This document shows, piece after piece, positions 46,942 through 54,445 of a DNA stretch of 64,000 nucleotides; within the stretch, counting starts at the first letter, position 1; every line of letters begins with the position of its first letter. The stretch is from Candidatus Nealsonbacteria bacterium (lineage in GTDB: Bacteria > Patescibacteriota > Minisyncoccia > Minisyncoccales > JAGGXC01), in assembly GCA_026396195.1 (NCBI GenBank), contig JAPLXH010000007.1, forward strand, positions 35,006-99,005, in the 5' to 3' direction. The notes under the pieces were generated by a model that was not told where the DNA came from, searched no databases, and worked only from the letters and a program-made list of their open reading frames with translations. The translations under genes and the position numbers were made by a program.

Positions 46942-48081
46942 TTAAAAAATTGGGCCGGGAATTAAGTTGCAGTTTAAATCAAGCGTAAAGGTTGCCAAAG
47001 GAGAAGCAAAGCCAAGGGCTCCTCCGAAAGCAGCGGCTCGATAATAATAAAGAGATGAAGTGGCAAGACTGCTGGTGGCAATACTGAAAGGAACGGGGTT
47101 CGCGTTGTCGATAAATTTTTGTTCTCTTGGGGCGGGAGGCCGGGGAAGTTGTTGGTCAAGATATATTGGGTCTTTTCCGTATTCAAAAAAAACATCAACC
47201 TTATCATTTCTTTTCATATCAGTGACCTCTCCGTTGAAAACAACATTGCAGGTTTGGTCTGTGTTTTGTTGGGGAGCTCCTGCTGTTGGGGTTACATTTT
47301 TAACCAAGGGAGTTCCTGGGGGAGAAAAATCAGTAATCCTAACTGAGTGCACGTGGTCTAAAGACATCCAACCAAGGGTTGATTGGCTCTTTGATATGGC
47401 AGTGAATTCTCCTGCACAGCCAGGGTCTTTATAAAGATTTAATTGGCATGCTCCTTCTATTTGAATTGACTTTGGCGGCGTCAACGCTCCCCAGCCGAAC
47501 AATCCCCAGACCGAAACTCCAAAATCTTTACAAGGGTCCGACGGATCTATATCTCCGGGAGCAAAGAAATCAAGCGAAGGATTAAGCAAATCCTCTTGAT
47601 AGTTTGCAAAATGATAAAGCCTTACCCATACGCAAGGCTTTTCATAATTAGGAGCTGACCACAAAGAAGTGTTGAGAAAAGGAACAGTTGTTGTGGGAAG
47701 GGTTATGGTTGTTAACTCCGGATTTAAGGTGTTTAAGATGATAAAGGACGACAAAAGTAAGACAAGGCCGATAAGAGCGTCTCTTATTCTGTCTTGGCCC
47801 TCTTTCATTTTTATCGGGTCGCCTACTGAAGTTAAATATTTGAATCCTCCAAAAATTAAAGCAAAAAAAGCAGCCAGTCCTCCCAATAAGATTGCCCATC
47901 TGTACACGTATTCGGTAAAATCAACTAAATTGCTGGTTGTTGTCAGTGTTTTTCCTCCGGGCGCTTCCGGCCAGTCAGTTTCTAATGCTTGCGTTGTTTC
48001 AAAAAAAGCGCCGGATAAAATAATGGCAACTAAAAAAGATATCAGTAAAATCTTTTTATTTTTTTTCAAAAAATTTTTCAT
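46942..48081 (-). CDS. TrbC/VirB2-like pilin-domain protein with C-terminal extension
   Basis: Signal peptide, then two hydrophobic segments (YVYRWAILLGGLAAFFALIFGGF ... IGLVLLLSSFIILNTLNP), then a 250-aa Cys-containing domain. Confidence 0.4.
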   Translation of the reverse strand: MKNFLKKNKKILLISFLVAIILSGAFFETTQALETDWPEAPGGKTLTTTSNLVDFTEYVYRWAILLGGLAAFFALIFGGFKYLTSVGDPIKMKEGQDRIRDALIGLVLLLSSFIILNTLNPELTTITLPTTTVPFLNTSLWSAPNYEKPCVWVRLYHFANYQEDLLNPSLDFFAPGDIDPSDPCKDFGVSVWGLFGWGALTPPKSIQIEGACQLNLYKDPGCAGEFTAISKSQSTLGWMSLDHVHSVRITDFSPPGTPLVKNVTPTAGAPQQNTDQTCNVVFNGEVTDMKRNDKVDVFFEYGKDPIYLDQQLPRPPAPREQKFIDNANPVPFSIATSSLATSSLYYYRAAAFGGALGFASPLATFTLDLNCNLIPGPIF

Positions 48082-48099
48082 TATTTTATTATAACTTAT

Positions 48100-48774
48100 T
48101 TATTTAATCAATTGAATAGACTCCAATATTTCATTAATTTCTTTTTCTATTTTTTCATTTTTATTTTCCCTTGAAAAAACAAAAGAAATAAAATAAGCTT
48201 TTTTATTGTTTTGGTCGTAGTCAACCAACAATATTTTTTCTTTTGAGTAAAAAATATTATTAGGAGAACTTTTTTTTGCATAAAGGGCCCTGAAAAAAGC
48301 CTCCTTTTCCTTAGTTTCGATTTCAATAATTTCCGTTGTAATCCCTTCTTTGTCGTTTATTTCTTTCATTATATCAATTATTTCTTGGGGCGTATTTTTT
48401 AAATCAAAAAACCCCTCGGTTACCGTTAAGCCGTAAAAAATATCATTTTTAATTCTTGAAGCTAAAAATAAGTTTTTAAATTTATATTTTTCTCGGGCTT
48501 CTTTTGGAATTCCTTCTTGGAAGTTTTTTGTATCTGTCGCCTCTACCCAGTTTGAAGGGTAAACAAATTTTAATTTTTCATCGGGGGTGATAAATTCTTT
48601 TTTCGGAAAATCTTTTTCTTCGGAAACTAAAGATTCTATTTGTTGGATGTTTTTTTGGGAAAAAAAATCTTTGGGAAACAAAGTTTCTTTTAGGAAGAAA
48701 AAAGTAAGCAAAAAAATAAATCCGACGGCTAATAAAATAAGCAATATATTTTTAAGAAAACTTTTCATTTTCAA
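48100..48774 (-). CDS. N-terminally anchored periplasmic protein (VirB8-like topology, hypothetical)
   Basis: Single N-terminal TM plus a roughly 190-aa soluble domain. Confidence 0.3.
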   Translation of the reverse strand: MKMKSFLKNILLILLAVGFIFLLTFFFLKETLFPKDFFSQKNIQQIESLVSEEKDFPKKEFITPDEKLKFVYPSNWVEATDTKNFQEGIPKEAREKYKFKNLFLASRIKNDIFYGLTVTEGFFDLKNTPQEIIDIMKEINDKEGITTEIIEIETKEKEAFFRALYAKKSSPNNIFYSKEKILLVDYDQNNKKAYFISFVFSRENKNEKIEKEINEILESIQLIK

Positions 48775-48780
48775 TTTTTA

Positions 48781-51222
48781 TCATAAGGGGATATCCCACC
48801 ATTGACCAAAAAATTCGAATTTATATCCCACGAATGCCAAAAGAAGATTTATTAAAAGCCAAGCTCCGAAAATAACGGCATATCCTATCAGAGTAGCTTT
48901 AAATACTGATTTTACCTGAGACATAATCGTGGTTTCTCCTTTTGAAATAAAGAATAACCCGGCGACGGCCAGAAGTATCAAAATGATAAAAATCGTTGCT
49001 ATTTTCCAAAGAGCAAAATCTAAAATATTTCTAAGAAGCAAGAAAATATGTATTATTTGGCAGGACTCCCTTTCGTTAAAAGGAGTATCGGGGTTGTCAT
49101 ATTTTTTACCGCAAGGCACTAAACCGCCCTTAGCTTCGGGAGGAGTAGTCAGGCTTAAAACAAAATTTTCCTCCGCGCTCCAGCCTCCGCTTGCATTACA
49201 ATTTACATCTAAGCAGGCCTCCACTTTCCAGGAATAAGTTCCGTTTTCAGAAAAGTCCCACGAAGCATAAGAGGCGTAATTAGAAGAAACTATTTGGTTA
49301 AAAAGTTCCTCTCCGTTGAAAGTTATTATATAATGATATTTTTTTGCTCCGATTACTGAGTTCCAGGAAAAATTTATATTTCCGGATGTTTCGACTAATT
49401 GGCCGCCAACAGGATAAGTAAGGGTCGGGGTGCTGATATTAAAGGTTTTAAAATTTCGAAGTTTAGGGTCAAGAAGAGCCTGGTTAGGAAGTCCGCACCT
49501 TCCATTATTGGCGCAAGTTCTGACTCTCCACCAATACCAAGTCGAGGTTCCCAGGGCGGGATAATCTAAAATAAGGTCAGAAGCCGAAGTGGTTCCGGTC
49601 CAGACTATACTGCCCATAACAAAAGGGGCTATGGTTAATTCTATTTTATAAAAACCAGCCCCGGCGATATCTTCCCAATCAAGCCTAACCGGCAAAACAA
49701 TATCAGTCATTGCATTATCCGGTTTTTTTAATTCCGGAGTTCTTCCGGTTGTTCTGAATTGCCAAGGGGCTAGCCAACCCGTGCAGGCTTGGCATTTATT
49801 GTCTGTGCAGGGGTTGACTGTCCAGCTATATACTTGGTTTAAGTTTAAATCTAAAACAGCTCCAGCTCCCGAGGTTGTTCCTTGGATTACGCTTCCGTCG
49901 CTTAATTTTGTTGTTTTATAAAAAAAAGAGTTAAACCCCATTGCTCTTGTCCATATAAGATTAACAGGAACATTTATTGAACTGCTTGGCAATGAATTAT
50001 TGGGAGGAGAGACTAAGGTAACTACGCCAGGCGTAGCAGGGCTGGTTTTAAATCCCCATTTTTGGCTGGTAGTGCACACTCCAAGTCCTTCTTTTTCCCA
50101 ACAAGTAGAAACCTCCCATCTGTAGGTTTTATCAACATTAAAAAAAGCGTCGAGGTCTTCATAAAAAGAAATTGCGTATATATAAGGATTGGAAGGTTCA
50201 ATTTCAATAGGATCTCCATGGAGAGTTTCTACTCCACCCTCTAAGATGTATGGTTGGACCTCATAGTAATCAGCTTCTTTGACATTGCACCATTCAAGGG
50301 TAACTGGCACCAAAGCATCTAAAAACATTTCAGTTGTGTTGTTCCAATCCGGGTCCGGCGGCGATACGGGTTGGGGAGCTAAGCTTAATTCGAAAGAAGA
50401 GGTTGAGACAGCGTCCCACGTTTTGCATTCAGTTCCATCGGCGTTACAACAAGGCATGATTTTCCATCTGGTTGAAGTGGACTGAGTAAAAGTAGTATTG
50501 ACGGGCAGCTTTAAAAAACAGGGAGTTGTGTTTCCGCTTGCGGGAATTACCCAGGTTTGATTTGCCAGAACGCCGGAGTTTGTGGCTAAAGGGCCGTTAT
50601 TGCTAATAAATCCGGAACTGGTAGCTTGAGACAGTATCCAAGAAGTAGTTGTGGGCGGGTCTGCTTTCCAGGCTCTGTGCCAGTAAGAGTTGGCTCCCGG
50701 AACCTTATTCCAGGCAAGTTTTATAGGAAGACGAACATTTGTATTGGGGACAATTCCAGTTCCTGACTCTAAATGAGGGCTTGTTGGATCTGACAAGCAT
50801 TCGCCCTTGCATTCACAATAATCATCGTCAGGAGCTTGCCAACTGGTATTTCCTATACAAATTTGATAATCCGCACAATCTTTCCATATATTGGTTAACG
50901 AGCTTCCTCCTCCGCAGCCACTCCAACCGCCGCATACCCATATGAAATTTCCTCCTCCGACATCTACACAATCTACGCTACGAGTTTTTTGATAACCTGA
51001 ATTAGTTTGCCTTTCAACGTTATTGCTGGTATCAGTGCAATCATTATTTGATTGGCATCGATAATAAGTGCTATTGTCACATCCTGAAGAAGTAGTGTCG
51101 TCTGGCTTTGGAAGAGTAGTGCATGGGTCTCCGCAGCCAGCCCTAACCTTTGGGATTAAAACAAGCAATCCTGCTAAAAAAACAAAAATAATTAATAGTT
51201 TAAAAAATAAATTTTTATTCAT
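48781..51222 (-). CDS. Large Cys-rich repetitive surface protein fused to a C-terminal TrbC/VirB2-like pilin domain
   Basis: Signal peptide; Cys-rich head; about 6 roughly 100-aa Trp/Cys modules (e.g. YSWTVNPCTD, TSTWYWWRVRTCANNGRCG); C-terminal two-helix domain (IATIFIILILLAVAGLFFISKG...IGYAVIFGAWLLINLLLAF) paralogous to 46942..48081 and 60335..60946. Confidence 0.45.
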   Translation of the reverse strand: MNKNLFFKLLIIFVFLAGLLVLIPKVRAGCGDPCTTLPKPDDTTSSGCDNSTYYRCQSNNDCTDTSNNVERQTNSGYQKTRSVDCVDVGGGNFIWVCGGWSGCGGGSSLTNIWKDCADYQICIGNTSWQAPDDDYCECKGECLSDPTSPHLESGTGIVPNTNVRLPIKLAWNKVPGANSYWHRAWKADPPTTTSWILSQATSSGFISNNGPLATNSGVLANQTWVIPASGNTTPCFLKLPVNTTFTQSTSTRWKIMPCCNADGTECKTWDAVSTSSFELSLAPQPVSPPDPDWNNTTEMFLDALVPVTLEWCNVKEADYYEVQPYILEGGVETLHGDPIEIEPSNPYIYAISFYEDLDAFFNVDKTYRWEVSTCWEKEGLGVCTTSQKWGFKTSPATPGVVTLVSPPNNSLPSSSINVPVNLIWTRAMGFNSFFYKTTKLSDGSVIQGTTSGAGAVLDLNLNQVYSWTVNPCTDNKCQACTGWLAPWQFRTTGRTPELKKPDNAMTDIVLPVRLDWEDIAGAGFYKIELTIAPFVMGSIVWTGTTSASDLILDYPALGTSTWYWWRVRTCANNGRCGLPNQALLDPKLRNFKTFNISTPTLTYPVGGQLVETSGNINFSWNSVIGAKKYHYIITFNGEELFNQIVSSNYASYASWDFSENGTYSWKVEACLDVNCNASGGWSAEENFVLSLTTPPEAKGGLVPCGKKYDNPDTPFNERESCQIIHIFLLLRNILDFALWKIATIFIILILLAVAGLFFISKGETTIMSQVKSVFKATLIGYAVIFGAWLLINLLLAFVGYKFEFFGQWWDIPL

Positions 51223-51357
51223 ATTTTCATTAATTTTAACTTTTTTGCTTAATAAATACTATTTTTGAAGATGTGGATATCTTGGTTTTAAAGTTGTGCA
51301 ATTTCTGTGGAAAAAATACTTGACGGAAATGGCTAAATCAGATATTTTAAAAAGCAG

Positions 51358-52395
51358 ATGCACAGAAAGCTTAAAAAAGCCCCCTTCTTGGGGGTCATAG
51401 CGCTTATAGCGATTATTTTGGGAGTCGGAATGTTTTATGTCTCATTTTCTAAATCCTTTAAAAAAGACAAAGGGTTAGTTTCCGGTTTTGATAACAGATT
51501 ATTTTTGGAAAAATCGACCAAGACCATTGAGTCGCCTAATTTATCTTTAGTTCAGGAAAATAGTATTTTCGGAGTCTCCTGTTCCCAGATTATTTCTTCA
51601 AAAGCCCTTGGAGTTTTAGTTGGAGAGGAAAGTACGGAAGACAAGAAAGAAATTACAGAATATATCGTTCAATCGGGGGACACAATCGGGTCAATTGCCG
51701 AAGATTTTAATATTACCGTAAATACTATTCTTTGGGCCAACGGCTTAAACAAAAGTTCAACCTTGAAATCGGGCCAAAAATTAATAATTTTGCCGGTTTC
51801 CGGAATTTTTCATAATGTAAAAAAGGGGGATACCATAGACCAAATAATCAAAACTTATAAAGGAAATAAAGAAGAAATAATTGCTTTTAACGAGTTAACC
51901 CCTGAAGGAGAAATTTATGTCGGTGATATTTTGATTATTCCCAATGGCACAAAACCGGCGCCAGTTTCAATTCCAAAACCAATTCAGTCGGCCTCGCCCT
52001 TAGCTGCCAGTTATTTTATACCTCCAATTCTTTCTCCTTATAGAATCACCCAAGGCCTTCATTGGTTTAATGCTGTTGATTTTGCTTACCATTCGGAAAG
52101 TTGCGGCAAGCCGGTTTTAGCGGCAGCCGAAGGAACAATTTTGAAAATTAAGTATGGTTACAATGGAGGAGCGGGCAATTATATAAAAATTATTCATCCC
52201 AACGGCTTAATTACCCATTACGGGCATTTGCAAGTTATTTTAGTAAAACAAGGAGATAAGGTTTCTCAAGGAGATATAATCGGTTCCATTGGTTATAGCG
52301 GGAAAACCATTCCTGCGGGACCCGGCGGTTGTCATCTTCATTTCGGCCTAGACTCAGAAGTCGGCATTTCTCCTAGCAATCCTTTTACAAAGTAA
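51358..52395 (+). CDS. LysM-domain M23 peptidoglycan endopeptidase
   Basis: Two LysM repeats (GDTIGSIAEDFNITVNTILWANGL; GDTIDQIIKTYKG), M23 motifs (HYGHLQVILVKQGDKVSQGDIIGSIGYSG; HLHF). Confidence 0.8.
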   Translation: MHRKLKKAPFLGVIALIAIILGVGMFYVSFSKSFKKDKGLVSGFDNRLFLEKSTKTIESPNLSLVQENSIFGVSCSQIISSKALGVLVGEESTEDKKEITEYIVQSGDTIGSIAEDFNITVNTILWANGLNKSSTLKSGQKLIILPVSGIFHNVKKGDTIDQIIKTYKGNKEEIIAFNELTPEGEIYVGDILIIPNGTKPAPVSIPKPIQSASPLAASYFIPPILSPYRITQGLHWFNAVDFAYHSESCGKPVLAAAEGTILKIKYGYNGGAGNYIKIIHPNGLITHYGHLQVILVKQGDKVSQGDIIGSIGYSGKTIPAGPGGCHLHFGLDSEVGISPSNPFTK

Positions 52396-52417
52396 AAAAA
52401 TATTTACCAATGAAATC

Positions 52418-52441
52418 AAAAAACACTTTTTAAGTGTTTTT
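52418..52441. terminator. Bidirectional terminator (AAAAAACACTT-TTT-AAGTGTTTTTT)
   Basis: Lies between the convergent M23 gene and comM. Confidence 0.55.
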
Positions 52442-53977
52442 TTAATTTTCTTCTTTTAATCTATACATTAAGGCCTCCATTAAATTATCAAAAGATATTT
52501 TTTCTTTTTCTTCCAAGTCAGCTATGGTTCTCGCCATTTTTAAAACCCGATGATAACCTCGGGCCGAAATCTGGCCGGAGTTGACATATTTTTTTAAGAT
52601 AGATTGGGACTTATTGTCTGTTTCGCAATATTTTTTAATTTGGGGAAGGGGCATTTCGTTATTAGTCATAATATTTTCCTTTTCTGATTTAAATCTTTGT
52701 TTTTGGATTTGCCGGGCAATTTCAACTCTTTTTTTGGTTTGTTCAACAAAGTTTTCATCGTCAACTTCGGTCAGTTTTTCATATTTTACGGCGGGTACCT
52801 CTACGAAAACGTCAATTCTGTCCATAAGAGGGCCTGACATTTTTCTTTTGTATTTTTGGATTTGAGAAGAAGTGCAGGTGCAGATTTTTTCAGGATTATT
52901 TAAATTACCGCAAGGACAGGGGTTGGAAGCCGCCACTAAGGTAAAGTTAGCCGGAAAAGTTAAACGGTTTTTAGCCCTCAATACCGTAATGATTTTTTCT
53001 TCAATGGGTTGGCGCAAGCTTTCCAATACGTCGCGATGGAATTCGGGGAATTCATCCAGAAAAAGAATTCCGCGATGAGAAAGAGTTATTTCTCCGGGCA
53101 AGGGCGGATTTCCGCCGCCCAACAAAGCAACCTCGGAAGAAGTATGATGGGGGGAGCGGAAGGGCCTTTTTTGGATTAATGATTTTCCTTCCGGCAACAA
53201 TCCGGCGATGCTGTAAATTTTAGTAACCTCCAGGGACTCTTCAAAGCTTAAGGCCGGTAAAATTTCAGGCAGGGCTTTAGCCAGCAAGGTTTTACCAGTA
53301 CCCGGAGGTCCTACCATAAAAAGATTATGGTTGCCGGCAGCGGCAATTTCCAATCCTCGTTTTGCATTTTCCTGGCCTTTTATGAAAATTAAATTAGAAA
53401 AAGAATCATTTTGTTGATTGAGAATTTTTTCAAAATTTTCAGAAGCAGGGGAAATATTCTTTTTCCCTTCCAGATAATCAATTGTTTCTTTTAAACTTTC
53501 AACTCCGATTACTTTAATGTTTTTTATCAGTCCCGCTTCTTTTGCATTTTGTTTTGGTAAAATAATTTCATCAAAGTTTATTTTTTTAGCGAGCATCGCC
53601 AGAGAAAGAACTCCCTTGAGCGGCCTTAATTTTCCGTCCAAAGACAATTCTCCGACAAAAATTTTATTCTGAGGGTTAAATTTTATTTGTTTTGAAATTA
53701 ATAAATATCCCAAAGCAATTGGAAGGTCGTAGAAAGAGCCCTCTTTTTTAAGGTCAGCGGGAGCCAGATTAACTAAAACCCTATGGGGTTGTTGATGAGG
53801 CGATTTTAAATAAGAGCTTTTTATGGCAGCTCCCACTCTTTCTTTTGATTCCTCCACCGCTTTATCGGGAAGGCCGACAATATCAAAACACCGGAGTCCG
53901 TAAGAAACATCGGTTTCCACTTCTATAATTTGAGCTTCTAGCCCTATAATAGCTGCTGAATAAACTTTCGATGACAT
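52442..53977 (-). CDS. comM: Mg-chelatase-like AAA+ ATPase YifB/ComM
   Basis: N-terminal Lon-like domain, GPPGTGKT Walker A, ChlI-type AAA+ core. Confidence 0.85.
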   Translation of the reverse strand: MSSKVYSAAIIGLEAQIIEVETDVSYGLRCFDIVGLPDKAVEESKERVGAAIKSSYLKSPHQQPHRVLVNLAPADLKKEGSFYDLPIALGYLLISKQIKFNPQNKIFVGELSLDGKLRPLKGVLSLAMLAKKINFDEIILPKQNAKEAGLIKNIKVIGVESLKETIDYLEGKKNISPASENFEKILNQQNDSFSNLIFIKGQENAKRGLEIAAAGNHNLFMVGPPGTGKTLLAKALPEILPALSFEESLEVTKIYSIAGLLPEGKSLIQKRPFRSPHHTSSEVALLGGGNPPLPGEITLSHRGILFLDEFPEFHRDVLESLRQPIEEKIITVLRAKNRLTFPANFTLVAASNPCPCGNLNNPEKICTCTSSQIQKYKRKMSGPLMDRIDVFVEVPAVKYEKLTEVDDENFVEQTKKRVEIARQIQKQRFKSEKENIMTNNEMPLPQIKKYCETDNKSQSILKKYVNSGQISARGYHRVLKMARTIADLEEKEKISFDNLMEALMYRLKEEN

Positions 53978-54062
53978 ATTTGTCTATTATATATAATGTA
54001 AGAATAAAACAAACCCCATTTTTCTTTTAAAAAAGGGGGTTCGTAAGTTTTAATTTTTAAAA

Positions 54063-54428
54063 TTATTTGCACTTTTCGCAGCTTTTAGCCGATGGAAAAG
54101 CTTTTAATCTTTCGATAGAAATTGATTTTTTGCAATTTTCACAAATTCCGTACTTTCCTTTTTTAATTTTTTCTAAGGCCGAATTAATGTCTTGAAGCTT
54201 TTTTTCAAGACTGAATTCTATCGGCAATAATCTTCCGTATTCCTCGACTTCATCAGCAGCTCTTTCCATGCTTGAGCCCCCGGTTTCTTCACTAAAACGC
54301 GGGAAGCGGGTATCCCAGTCGCCCCTTAGGTTAGTGTCTTTATTGGCAAAACTTTGAAGCTGTTTTTCTATCGTTTCTTTTTCTTTTTCTAAAATTTCTT
54401 TTATTTGTTTCGTGAAGATTTTGTTCAT
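54063..54428 (-). CDS. DksA/TraR-family C4 zinc-finger protein
   Basis: Coiled-coil followed by CENCKKSISIERLKAFPSAKSCEKC. Confidence 0.7.
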   Translation of the reverse strand: MNKIFTKQIKEILEKEKETIEKQLQSFANKDTNLRGDWDTRFPRFSEETGGSSMERAADEVEEYGRLLPIEFSLEKKLQDINSALEKIKKGKYGICENCKKSISIERLKAFPSAKSCEKCK

Positions 54429-54445
54429 ATTTTTTTAATAATAAT

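Noticed and set aside
46974-48094. Small ORFs inside the pilin-like gene (46974..47207(-), 47060..47434(+), 47119..47346(+), 47648..47899(-), 47669..48094(+))
   Set aside because: Alternative-frame or antisense reads within 46942..48081; no support.
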